A DNA stretch of 64,000 nucleotides, taken from contig NC_043003.1 of NCBI RefSeq assembly GCF_006345805.1, positions 28,210,001 to 28,274,000 of the forward strand. The letters are read 5' to 3'. Position 1 is the stretch's first letter. The number at the start of each line of letters is the position of its first letter. Positions 14,454-27,175 of the stretch are shown here, in pieces. Under the pieces are notes generated by a model. It had not been told where the DNA came from, ran no database searches, and was given only the letters and a program-made list of their open reading frames with translations. The stretch is from Octopus sinensis (Eukaryota). A program made the translations under genes and the position numbers.

Positions 14454-15174
14454 TAAAAAGATAGATAGATAGATAGATAGAGGTTTATATGCTTTTATGC
14501 TTTGTGCGTGTGTATCCTCGGTACACAACAAAGTTTCTTCTTAATGTCATGTTCTTCAAGACATTGCTTTCCAATAAGCAACTCATTTCTCATATTAGCC
14601 GTTGGTCAGTTGACCTTGGAGAACAGCTTTAGGAATATTACAGCCAATTTTAGATTTATTTGCCAACGACTAAGATGCACCAAAAATACTATTTCGTTGG
14701 TGTTTGACATGAGTAGTAATTTGTCAGTGTATGTGATAGATCGGAAATTACAACTCTTGGTTGTTACCAAGGTGGTTTTAAAGCTTATTTGTTTTGTTGT
14801 TCATAGGTAGAAGAATTATGTTTAGATGTTTATTCTCATGCTTACACTCCGACATCATTTCTTGTCTTTTGTTGCGCATCTTAAAAATAAAGCTGTTTAT
14901 AATCTCAGGTAGGAATCCCGAGGATATTGTACAGCTCCATCTATACGCGAAACATTTTAATGTTTCATATTTTTTCTTTTACCTACAATTGGACATCATC
15001 CTAAATCTTTTACTGCAATTTATATATAAACGTGCAAGCATACATGCACATATACATACACATATACATAGAGAATGCGACAAAAACTTCTCATATTTTA
15101 CATGGATATTAGAGTGGCCGTAGTTATAGTCATAGGCACTGTCAAATCCTTTTACAAACGCTATTAAATAAATA

Positions 15175-15479
15175 TGTGGAGGTATATGGCCTAGTGGTTA
15201 GAGCAGCGGACTCGCGGTCGAGGGATCGCAGGTCCGAATCTCAGACCGGGCGATGTGTGTGCTGATGAGCGAAATATCTAAGTTCCAGGCGGCTCCGGCA
15301 GAAGCTAATGGCGAACTTCTGCCGACTCTTTCGCCACAACTTTCTCTCACTATTTTCTCCTGCATCTTGCGGCTCACCTGCGACGTACCGGCGTCCCGTC
15401 CAGATGGGGAACCTATACGCCAAGGAAACCGGGAAACCGGCCCTAATGAGCCAGGCATGGCTCGAGAAGGAACAAACAA
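15175..15479 (+). mobile_element. tRNA-derived SINE (same family as 17906-18194)
   Basis: tggcctagtggttagagcagcggactcgcgg head; near-identical body at 17906-18194. Confidence 0.8.
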
Positions 15480-15600
15480 TTACGTTAATATATGTTCAAA
15501 CGTACATATATAACTACATCCATCCGTACACAAACACATATCTACGCATACATTCCTACACACACACATCTACGCATATATTCCTACACAGAAATACATG

Positions 15601-15636
<36 letters not shown>

Positions 15637-15804
15637 AATTCAAATAAATAAAAAATAAACGAACGTGTGAAGGTGCACAAAAACTTATTAGCTTGACGCT
15701 CAGTGAAAGGAGAGAGTTTGACGTTTTGAGCATGGCTCTTCGTCGGAAAGGAGAAAGGGAAAAGTCTCAAGATGGAGAAGAAATCTCCAACAGCACACGT
15801 GTAG

Positions 15805-15835
<31 letters not shown>

Positions 15836-15849
15836 CATACATACATACA

Positions 15850-15884
<35 letters not shown>

Positions 15885-15953
15885 TTATATAAGTGTACAC
15901 GCACAGGTGTATACACGCACACATATATCTTCATAAAGTTTTGTTATACGTAC

Positions 15954-16020
15954 ATGTTTCCTTGTCCATAATTATCGAATGCTAATGCGACAGGAATTCC
16001 GACGATGACCAATGGAACAC
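15954..16020 (-). CDS. aGPCR exon 11 (TM4-ECL2): (G)VPLVIVGIPVALAFDNYGQGN(I)
   Basis: ttttgtcag|GT GTT CCA...AT|gtacgt; 67 nt, phase 1/2. Confidence 0.92.
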
Positions 16021-16453
16021 CTGACAAAATAAGACAAAATGGTTTGAAAATATTTTGGGTATTTCAAATGTAAAGATTCCTGCGGAAGAAACATATAGTA
16101 AACATGCGCGAATGATTTATACTTATGTGTATATATATCATAATTCTAAGTTTAGCACTCGGCCAGCAATTTTGTGGAGTGGTGAAGTTCATTACATCAA
16201 TACCAGTACTTGGCTGGTACTTATTTTATCGGTCCCGAAAGGAAAATGCAAAAGAAAAGAAGTCTCGGTGGAAGTTGAACTCAAGCCATAAGTATCCGAA
16301 AGTAATCCGGACAGAAATTTTTACCAACTGCCTAACAATTCTGTCAGTTTGGCGCTTTAATCGTAAGTTCTTAAGCTATACTACATTATAATATATATAT
16401 TATATATAATATATATATATATATATAATATATATATAAATTATATTTGTCTT

Positions 16454-16529
16454 CGGCTTTAGAGTCTGACGAGCCGTTCATGGGCTAGGCCCTTTAAGGG
16501 ATGCGAAACCATTGGTCACTCTATGACCG
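16454..16529 (+). ncRNA. Candidate type I hammerhead ribozyme (solo)
   Basis: Stem I TAGAGT(16460-65)/ACTCTA(16518-23) plus CGG/CCG extension; CTGACGA 16466-72; GC..GC stem II closure; GAAA 16505-08; stem III ACC..GGT; GUC site 16515-17. Confidence 0.68.
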
Positions 16530-16542
16530 CATATAGACTTAC

Positions 16543-16599
<57 letters not shown>

Positions 16600-16859
16600 T
16601 TCCATAGGCTGAAACAGCTGTAAGAAAAGAGAGAGGTTGAGAGAAAGAGAAGGGAACCAGAGAGAGAGACTTAGTAAGACTATATAAGAGTGTGAAAGTG
16701 TGTATGCGGGCATGTGTATATATGTATGCGTATGTAAACAAGACAGAAGACAAATTGAGTAAGAAATCTGAAATCAATGTGTGTGTGCGTGTTTGAGAGA
16801 GTGAGAGAGAGTGAGAAATAGTGTAAAAGAGAACGAGTGTGCTTGTTTGCATGCATGTG

Positions 16860-16932
16860 CGCAAATGATATTGTGTATGCGCGTGAGAAAGAGAAAGAGA
16901 AAGGGAGAAAGGGAAAGAAAGAGAGAGAGAGT

Positions 16933-16966
<34 letters not shown>

Positions 16967-17132
16967 GAGAGAAAGTGAGAAAGAGAGAGGGTGAGAGAGA
17001 AAGACAGAGAGTAGGTGAAACAGATGAGAGAGAAAGAGAAAGAAAGGGAGAGAGAGAAAGAGAGAGAAGAAAGAGAAAAGAAGAGAGAGAGAGAAGAAAG
17101 AGAAGAGAGAGAGAAGAAAGAGAAGAGGAGAG

Positions 17133-17175
<43 letters not shown>
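16860..17175. repeat. (GA)n-rich tract; one example of the many (TA)n, (TATG)n, (CA)n, (TAGA)n, (AAT)n, (CAT)n and (CCA)n microsatellites in the window
   Basis: Direct reading; these repeats generate most ORFs in the supplied track. Confidence 0.95.
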
Positions 17176-17210
17176 TGTAAAACCAGTTCCCAGCAACTGA
17201 TTATACTCAC

Positions 17211-17361
17211 CCCATCCAATGGCGGCATATTTTTTCAGGTGACTTCCGGTTTTAAACACTTTCACCAGAACAATGTAAAGATGTATCCCTTCAACTAACA
17301 TCCAACAAAACATTGCCATCATGACGTAATGGAGAAATATGGCGACCACTTTGCACGCCAC
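17211..17361 (-). CDS. aGPCR exon 10 (TM3-ICL2): VACKVVAIFLHYVMMAMFCWMLVEGIHLYIVLVKVFKTGSHLKKYAAIGW(G)
   Basis: tccctatag|GTG...TGG G|gtgagt; 151 nt, phase 0/1; family-B TM3 motif WMLVEGxHLY. Confidence 0.96.
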
Positions 17362-17905
17362 CTATAGGGAGAAACAGGAGAACCTTAGAGGAAAATTTGC
17401 TAAAAGTATAAAATTGGATGAGCTTATGATGATGGTGGAAACGATGGTGATTGTGGTATTGGTGGTGTGTGGTAATGGTGGCGGTGTTGGTTGTGGTAGT
17501 GGTTGTAGTGGTGGTGGTTATGATGGTGATAGTGATGGTGGGGGTTGAGGTCGTGGTGGTGGTGGTTGTAGTGGTAGTGGTGATGATGGTGGCGATTGAG
17601 GTTGTGGTGGTGGTTATGGTCGTGAGGGTGATGATAATGCTAATGGTAATGATTATGATGATGATAATGGTGATGGTAGTAATGTTAATGACAATGTGAC
17701 AGTGATGATTGTGTTGTTTTTGCTGGTGGTGGTGAGGCTGGTAGTCAGGGTGTTGCGGGTGGTGATGATGATGATAGTAGTGGTTATGATGATGATGATG
17801 GTGGTGGTGATCATGATATCAACGACGACTATAATAATGATGACAATGAACAATAATGGTGATTATAATGACGATCTTCATAATAATGTTTTCTAAATTA
17901 AGCAC

Positions 17906-18194
17906 GTGGAGGCGCATGGCCTAGTGGTTAGAGCAGCAGACTCACGGTCGAGGGATCGCGGGTTCGAATCTCAGACCGGGCGATGTGTGTGTTTACGAGC
18001 GAAACACCTAAGCTCCACGCGGCTCCGGCAGAAGGTAATGGTGAACTTCTGCTGACTCTTTCGCCACAACTTTCTCTCTTTCTTCCTGCGTCTTGCAGCT
18101 CACCTGCGACGAACTGGCGTCCCATCCAGGTGGGGAACTGGGAAACCGGCCCTTATGAGCCAGGCGTGGCTCGAGAAGGAACAAACAACAACAA
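17906..18194 (+). mobile_element. tRNA-derived SINE with (AAC)n tail
   Basis: gttcgaatctc B-box-like motif; paralog of 15175-15479. Confidence 0.8.
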
Positions 18195-18285
18195 ATTAAG
18201 CAGAGGGGAACAGCCAAGAAAATTGATTCCAGAAACCTTTTATCTTCAAATGTTAAAGAATATAGAAATATGGAGAACTATTTAC

Positions 18286-18385
18286 CGGACTATCTTTCCT
18301 GTCGATGCCAATCAAAAATATGAGTTGCACCAGAATTATTGAGACAGCCAGGTTTTCGTGAATTCGTACTCGGTCACTGGACAGC
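18286..18385 (-). CDS. aGPCR exon 9 (ICL1-TM2): LSSDRVRIHENLAVSIILVQLIFLIGIDRKDSP
   Basis: ttcccgtag|G CTG...CCG|gtaaat; 100 nt, phase 2/0; IHxNL motif. Confidence 0.94.
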
Positions 18386-18779
18386 CTACGGGAAATAGGA
18401 ATAAATGGGAGAGCGATATATATGGCAGAACGATATTAAAATTAAACATTAAGATATACCATTAAAATACAATATTATGGTAGACAATTTAGGTATACCA
18501 TTAAAATGCAATTTGAAGTACATTGAGACACATCATTCACTTAAACTGATACTCAATTATAATACAAGACGATAGACTGTTAAAACACCATTAAAATGCA
18601 CAATCAACGCACATTAAGACATTCCGTTAAAATACATTAATACACAATTGAAATACAATATTAAGAAAGAATATTAAGACACTATTAAAATACAAACGTC
18701 ATTAGAATGTAATTTTAAAGATTTAGAGAACTCTAAGTCTAGCCGGTTCCCATCCCCAATGCTGTGAATTAGGTATAAC

Positions 18780-19232
18780 GGACGCAAGCCACATCTCTCT
18801 CTTTCTCTTTCTCTCTCTCCATCGATTCCTGCTCCTGGCTGCTGTTGTGCGTTCAGCAAGAGATATTTCGGTCCATTCTGCGATGGCCTCTGGGCAGCAT
18901 CTTCACTACCCGCCCCCTCTCCCGTTTCTCAATGAGTTTTTCCTCTAGGATGTAGTTGCTGAGTTTCTGGGCTCTGATAACATGCCCAAAATACTGCAGC
19001 CTTCAGTTGCCAAAACTCTTTATCTGTTCCCATTTCTCCAAGTACTAACTCGTTTGTTGAATAGTCAGTCCAACTGACCTCCAGTATTCTTTGGTAGTGC
19101 ATTGTGTCAAGTACTTTGAGGTTGACAGAGTCACTTGCTCTTAGGGTCCAGCTTTTACACCCACACATTCTAACAGGCCAACCTAGTATCTTCAGGAGCC
19201 TTGATTTGATTTTATTATTAAGAGATCTAGGG
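18780..19232 (-). mobile_element. RTE-clade LINE 3' fragment (decayed)
   Basis: KSRLLKILGWPVRMCGCKSWTLRASDSVNLKVLDTMHYQRILEVSWTD resembles the RTE C-terminal pattern (YGxExWTL...YRRILxISW). Confidence 0.72.
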
Positions 19233-22083
19233 CAGCGAGCTAGCAGAATCGTTAGCAGGCCAGACGAAATGCTTAACAACATTTCGTCCTTCGCTGCGCT
19301 CTGAGTTCAAAGTCCGCCGAGGTCCACTTTAGGGTTGCTAAAATAAGTAGCAGTTGAGTAAAGGGGGTCGATGTAATTGACTTACACCGTCCCCTACAAT
19401 TGCTCACCTTTTGCCAAAATCTGAAATCATTATTAGTAGCTCTATCTTTCTAGATTGCATTGAGTGCTTTTAAGGGGGAACTTGCTGCCTCGAGTTGTGC
19501 TCTTACTTTATGACCTCCACCTCCTGATTGTTCTTTGGAGTGTCCAGATAGTGAGTTTCAAGGGGACTTATATGACCTATATGACTTCTATAAATTATTC
19601 TAAGTTACGTGATTAAAATAGGAAATGCACATGATACAGATGTTGTTGACGTATAATGGAAACTGCCAAAACGTCGGCGGTTTGCTTCTTCTTATCTGCT
19701 CTGTCTGTCTCTTTGTATGTATGTATGTATGTATGTATGTATGTATGTATGTATGTATGTATGTATGTATGTATGTATGTATGTATGTTTTCTCCTATTT
19801 TTAATTACTTGAAATCTTCCTGAAAAATGGAGCTGATTTCTAACAAAGATACAAATCGCCATCGTTGGAACGTCGATAACAATATGAAATACATATTGTA
19901 CACTTAAAAAAAGTGTTGCATATTTTTATTGTTCCGCTTACAGATTGCATGTATGTACGTATGTTTGCGTGTGTATGACTATGTGGGTTCGCGTGTACAA
20001 GTGTATGTGGGGTTGTGCTGGTGGAAGAATATGTGTCGCGCATACATCTTAAAATGATATAAAATAAAGTTCTCATTTGCATAACTCCTACATCTATTAT
20101 CATTTACGTCCTCTCTCCCTCTTCCTCCTCCTTCATTTACTCTTCGTCAGTCTTTATGACTTTTCCTCTCTACTCCTTCTGCAACTCTTATGTTAACTTT
20201 TAACCCTCTTTGCATCTTTCTTTTTGCTCCCCTTCTCTCTTCTCTCCATTTCTATACGACGGAAAACGTCATTGGAGAAATCAACAAACCAACATTCATA
20301 TCGGTTATATATATAATATTTTATTTGTTTCAGTCATCAGACCGCAGCCATGCTGGGGCACCGCCTTGAAAAAGGACTAAGGTTTCATATATAATATGTA
20401 TGTCAGTACACACACACGCACGCACGCACATACATACACACACACACAACACACGCTGGCCGGCCCCTCTAGCCTAGCCAGCGAGGTGGTACCATTCGAA
20501 AGCTACAACAATTTAGATACATACACACACTCATACATACACGCGTGTACGTACGAAATTTGAGTAAATGGCTGCCTTTGACAGTATAAAGTTCTTCGCT
20601 ATTAATCGAAACCAAGCAATCATCATACAGAATTCCCCCCCTCCCGCTACCATCCTCCGGTTTCATCACAAGTGTTATGTTTATTTCGTTTATTTCCGTC
20701 ATTACAGGGTATAATTACTTAGACTCATCGACCAGTACTGATTTATCTCCCCTACTAGTGCACTGATATCGACATTAAATAGTCATAAAACATTATATTT
20801 GTATGTGTGTATGTATGTATTTGTTAAAGGGGACAACAAACGTTAAGGCAAGACAAACATCATATACGCTATTATTATTATTATTATTATTATTAGAAAA
20901 GATTTTGATAATAATTACATATGACTTGTGATGTTTGTCTTGTCTTAGCGTTTGTTGTCCTCTTTAATAATCATATATCCGCTATATCGGAAATCTACAA
21001 TGGTTTCATAACTCCTGTCACGGCTGTGACCTTGGAGCCCTGGTAATCCGTTACAACACTTATCCAGCGTACTTAGTCGTTTTGATTACCTGTGAACTAA
21101 ATCCCCATACTTTGTGTGTGTGTGTGTGTGTATGCGCAGGCGTGGCTGTGTGGTAAGATGTTTGCTTTCCAACCACACTGCTCCGAGTTCAATCCCACTG
21201 CGTGGCACTTTGGGCAAGTGTCTTCTACTATCTCCACGTTATACGGGCTTCAACAGAGATGGTTCGGATATGTAATACATGCATATGACTTGTGGTCTTC
21301 TCGCAGGATCCTCTATGATATGTACATGACGATCGTCTGTCAGAGAATTAAAAGGCGTTTCGAAGACTAACTGAAGACAGCTGGTTGAATATGATGCAAT
21401 GTATTTCAGGTTGTGATGGTGGAACCAGTTGTTGTACTGGTGCTATTGACCTATGAAAGTATTCGTTATCAGCTTTATTTAGTTTGTTGATAAAATAATG
21501 AATATCTCTAGAAATTTGTCCTTTAAAGGGCAAAACTCGCTATTTCACCACCATCCGTTCATTTTAGCAGTGTCACTGCTGTATGGTTATTGAAGATATA
21601 ATGGAGAAATCTATGCAGCACTTCTATCCAGGAAAGCGAGTAAAGAGCCATGTAATCTCTTCAATCTATCTGTTCCATGAACAGTGTGCTACCGAAATAT
21701 ACATTATGGATCAGGAACCACAAATGTTAACGGTTTCGCAAATAAAAGTGGAACTACCCACTACTGGATTCATAGTATAAGCATTAGCAAACAACTACCC
21801 CCCCCCCCACACACTAATAATAATAATAATAATAATAAATTTGGACAAATACACATCATTTGATCACTACCCTTTTCTCTTTTGTTTCAGTCATTTGACA
21901 GCGGACATGCTGGAGCACTGCCTTTAATCGAGCAAATCGACCCCAGGACTTATTCTTTGGAAGCCTAGTACTTATTCTATCGGTCTCTTTTGCCGAACCG
22001 CTAAGTTACGAGGACGTAAACACACCAGCATCGGTTGTCAAGCGATGTTGGGGGGACAAACACAGACACACAAACATATACAT

Positions 22084-22135
<52 letters not shown>

Positions 22136-22164
22136 GCCTGCATGATACGTGATATATGTATATA

Positions 22165-22527
22165 GTGGAGGCACAATGACCCAGTGGATAGGGCAGCGAA
22201 CTCACGGTCGTAGGATCGCGGTTTCGATTCCCAGACCGGGCGTTGTGAGTGTTTATTGAGTGAAAACACCTTAAGTTCCACAATGCTCCGGCAGGGGTGT
22301 ACTCTTTCACCACAACTTTCTCTCACTCTTTCTTCCTGTTTCTGTTGTACCTGTATTTCAAAGGGCCAGCCTTGTCACACTGTGTCACACTGAATCACCC
22401 CGAGAACTACGTCAAGGGTACACGTGTCTGTGGAGTGCTCAGCCACTTGCACGTTAATTTCACGAGCAAGCTGTTCCACTGATCGGATCAACTGGAACCC
22501 TCGTCGTCGTAACCGACGGAATGCCAC
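22165..22527 (+). mobile_element. tRNA-derived SINE (OR-like family); related copies at 27623-27942(-), 55400-55680(-), 62220-62530(+)
   Basis: Shared head and body ending ...ccctcgtcgtcgtaaccgacgga. Confidence 0.78.
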
Positions 22528-22694
22528 GAATATGTATATATTTATACATGCATATATATATATAAATATATATACATGCATATGTATATATATATATATA
22601 TATATATACAAGCATATACATGCTTATATATATACATGCATATACATGCTTATCTGGTATGTTGTGTTTGTTTATGAATACATGTCTTGAGTTC

Positions 22695-22758
22695 GTTGCA
22701 CTGAAGAGCATAAAATGCATATACTGCATTGATTGCGAAATCACGGGTGATATGTAAC
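22695..22758 (+). ncRNA. Type I hammerhead ribozyme, unit 1
   Basis: GTTGCA-CTGAAGA-GCA(taa AATGCA tatac TGCATT gat)TGC-GAAA-TCAC gg GTGA-TA|TGTAAC; AUA site, predicted cleavage after 22752. Confidence 0.85.
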
Positions 22759-23177
22759 TAAATTCTGTTTTTAAATGACTCGCTTCGAAGATTGCATTCG
22801 GTACAATTTGTTTATTTTGATAGTTTTGACTTTAAAAGTCCCTCCTAGCGCGCGGCATCTACGTGTAATAGTGCCTCTATATAAATAAATAATATTTACA
22901 ATTGAAAAATTACGGATTTTTTCTCTTACGAGGTTTTTTCACGCTAACTACTTGATAATTTCTTATGAAGATTTTACCCTATTTTTAAATTTATATTTTC
23001 ACCGGAATAGTTCAATACTGAATTTTTGTTCCGAGTAAGCACGTTGTTACCGAAGTGCAGTTCGAAAAGCCCGCCATTTTCATAGATATGTAAGGATAAA
23101 CATTCCTACATGCTGCGATGAACGCTGCGGTTGCTTATCTGGTATGTTGTGTTTGTTATAATACATGTCTTGAGTTC

Positions 23178-23241
23178 GTTGCACTGAAGAGCATAAAATG
23201 CATATACTACATTGATTGCGAAATCACAGGTGATATGTAAC
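23178..23241 (+). ncRNA. Type I hammerhead ribozyme, unit 2
   Basis: Same fold; core at 23184-23190; predicted cleavage after 23235; one mismatch in distal stem II. Confidence 0.83.
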
Positions 23242-23669
23242 TAAATTCTGTTTTTAAATGACTCGCTTCGAAGATTGCATTCGGTACAATTTGTTTATTT
23301 TGGTAGTTTTGACTTTAAAAGTCCCTCCTAGCGCGCGGCATCTACGTGTAATAGTGCCCTCTATATAATATAAATAAATATTTACAATTTGAAAAAAATT
23401 ACGGATTTTTTCTCTTACGAGGTTTTTTCACGCTAACTACTTGATAATTTCTTATGAAGATTTTACCCTATTTTTAAATTTATATTTTTCACCGGAATAG
23501 TTCAATACTGAATTTTTGTTCCGAGTAAGCACGTTGTTACCGAAGTGCAGTTCGAAAAGCCCGCCATTTTCATAGATATGTAAGGATAAACATTCCTACA
23601 TGCTGCGATGAACGCTGCGGTTGCTTATCTGGTATGTTGTGTTTGTTTATTAATACATGTCTTGAGTTC

Positions 23670-23733
23670 GTTGCACTGAAGAGCATAAAATGCATATACT
23701 ACATTGATTGCGAAATCACAGGTGATATGTAAC
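23670..23733 (+). ncRNA. Type I hammerhead ribozyme, unit 3
   Basis: Same fold; core at 23676-23682; predicted cleavage after 23727. Confidence 0.83.
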
Positions 23734-23978
23734 TAAATTCTGTTTTTAAATGACTCGCTTCGAAGATTGCATTCGGTACAATTTGTTTATTTTGGTAGTT
23801 TTGACTTTAAAAGTCCCTCCTAGCGCGCGGCATCTACGTGTAATAGTGCCCTCTATATAATATAAATAAATATTTACAATTTGAAAAAAATTACGGATTT
23901 TTCTTACGAGGGTTTTTCACGCTAACTACTTGATAATTCTTATGAAGATTTTATCCTATTTTTAAATTTATATATACA

Positions 23979-24033
<55 letters not shown>

Positions 24034-24777
24034 TCATCATCATTTTAACGTTTTTTTTCCATGCTGATATGAGTGGGACGGTTCCACAAGAAAAGATGAG
24101 CCAGAGGGCGCCGTCAGGTTCTATGTCTGTCTTGACAGGGTTTCTACAGCAAGATGCCCTTTCTAGTGCCAACCGCTTAATACTGTGTTATATGCTTGGA
24201 TACTTCTCAGGTGACATTATCACCGGTGAAGTCGCCAAGTACTCAACTGACCGAGGTATAGATTGGATGGATAAGAAATTATGTTAGAGAGAGAGGAGCA
24301 AGTGTCTTGCTGAAGAGGCAAATACATGGCTTGCCAACCAGGAACGTGAAAGAAAGAGAGAAAGAAAAACATATGAGGTCCAGAACAATGTAAATATTGT
24401 AGGAAATTGTAGGTAAGTGTATTGAGTGTAAATAAGGTGACAGATGATGAGAGAGAGGGAATGAGTTGGACGCAGAGAATACCAGTTCAGTGTAGCAAGG
24501 AGTGGTGTAAACAGGGTAACATAGAAGACTGATGGAACAGTGGGTATCAGAAGATGAGCTTTTGGGGAAGGCTTGACAGGCCTCTCAATTCTACTGATGT
24601 TCTCGTGTGTATGTGTGTGCATGTGCGTTTGTGTGTGTGTATGTATCTATATGTATATGTATATATATATGTATATATATGTATATATATATGTATATAT
24701 ATTATGTATATATATGTATATATATGTATATATATATATATGTGTATATATATATATATAATATATTATATATATAT

Positions 24778-24810
<33 letters not shown>

Positions 24811-25365
24811 GTCAGGTCACTTTCGAGTGCTACTGGTAACATGTAACCCAGTACAACATGTTGCATGGTCGGGTCATCGGCGACTAAACCGGCAACCCCA
24901 CCAAGCTTGCTTGGTGAGGAGGGTGTTTATTGGACACCCTGCGGGATGAAAAACAAAACCTGTCAAAGGGCGGAGGAACTCTTGAGAGTCAACGGCCATC
25001 CAATAAATGTCTTAAGGCTGTATCAATCGCGAAGACATAGAAATAATCGGACTGAATACCCGATCGCGCGGTTAAACCATTGGGTGTGAAGGACTCCTAG
25101 CCTTTGTTAGGGCATCCTTCTAGGAGAAGGTAACTCAGGTAACTGGGATATAACTCCAACATAAAACCTGCGGCTCAGTGGTTACCGATGATGTTGACTT
25201 GTTCTTTTTTTCGGATTATGGCTGCTGTTGCTTAGTGAGTGGGATTGACTCAGTGCACAGCCTTTCCCCACTTAAAAAAAATATCTTCTTGCACAGGCAT
25301 TGCACGATAACAACATTGATTAAGATTCGTGCAATGGCCATACTCGATAACGAGGGGCAGCCACC

Positions 25366-25442
<77 letters not shown>

Positions 25443-25758
25443 TGTAGTATGTATGTATGTATGTATGTATGTATGTATGTATGTATGTATGTATGTATGT
25501 GCGTATGCGTACATATAGACTGATTTAATTTTACAAGGAAAAGGTGGACAGAAACTTTGAAGTTTCATCAGTTGATGGTTTCACTGAACTTCGGAGTCAC
25601 TGTCAAGTTTTTCCTTGTGAAAGTAAATGCGAAACTATTTAAATATATTGAGTGAGCATTTAAATGATGCTTGAATGTTGCATATATAACTATAAATAAG
25701 CGATCATTAATATGTATATATGTCTACTTACGTATGTGTGTGTGTGTATAATTATACG

Positions 25759-25794
<36 letters not shown>

Positions 25795-25887
25795 TATATA
25801 CACACATAAACACATATAAAGATACATACGTACATATATATCAGTAATATATACACACACATACACACACAGAAACAAACACACACA

Positions 25888-25927
<40 letters not shown>

Positions 25928-26720
25928 TAAACACCCCTTTACGTGTGTAAAGTATGCGTTTCTCTGAGTGGTGGGATGTTATGTGTTTATCGTATTATTG
26001 ATGAGGTTATATCGCGTTACGTGTAACTCTGTAAAATTTTCTTTTCCTTTAACGATCCATTGTTTTTTTTTGCAAAACAAATATATACGGAATGAAATAC
26101 ATCGAAATTTTTAGAACGACTTAAACCAACAAATACTTCCATTAAATCAGATATGTAAATATTAGCCAGTATTAATCATATTTATGTCAAATTCAGTTAT
26201 AAAATTCATGAAAACAGTGAGAGGTTTCGCTCTCGTCTCAACTCATACACTCACCTTGACGTCCCCATTTACCCAAATGTCGTAAATATTAAGCAGACGA
26301 TTTTGTAATTGGGTATCATTTTACTCTTCTTCTGCATACCTAATCACCCTCTTTCGTCCTCAGTCTCTGCTTCTCTCTATCTCGCTCTCTTTCCGTCTGA
26401 CTGCCTATCTGTTACATTCACGGTCTCTTTCTCTCTCTTGCTCTGTATCCATTTTGACGCAACGTAAGCGGTATTTTATTCATCTAAATATAATAGTAAT
26501 GCTGCAAGTTCTGTTGTTAATAATTCATCTCTTTGGTTTTTGTCCTTTTTTCTCTCTCGATTGTAATACTAAAATAATCTTTATCGTATTAATCTCTGTC
26601 TCTGCCAAACGATCATATAATGCACACACATACGAACGTATGCATGTTTGGATGTGTGCGCGCGTGCGTGTGTGTGTATAAGCCACATATAATATACGTG
26701 CATAATCTCTACATAAGAAT

Positions 26721-26751
<31 letters not shown>

Positions 26752-26793
26752 CTATCTTTATATACATATACAATATATATATGTATACATACA

Positions 26794-26867
<74 letters not shown>

Positions 26868-26999
26868 GTATACATATATATATTGTATATGTATATAAAG
26901 ATAGATAGATAGATAGATAGATAATTCTTATGTAGAGATTATGCACATGTATTATATGTGGCTTATACACACACTCGCGCGCGCGCACAGATCCAAACA

Positions 27000-27041
<42 letters not shown>

Positions 27042-27065
27042 CATACATATATATATATACATACA

Positions 27066-27120
<55 letters not shown>

Positions 27121-27129
27121 CACACACCG

Positions 27130-27175
<46 letters not shown>

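Larger units (their letters stand above)
22647..23972 (+). repeat. Tandem array of ~485-490-bp units (2.7 copies), one hammerhead per unit: candidate non-LTR retrozyme
   Basis: Units start at 22647, 23132 and 23622; near-identical apart from homopolymer lengths and a few substitutions; no ORF of 60 aa or more inside the array. Confidence 0.9.

Noticed and set aside
24305-24355. CTGAAGA-GGCAA..TTGCC resembling a hammerhead
   Set aside because: GAAA is missing and there is no valid NUH triplet; at most a decayed relic
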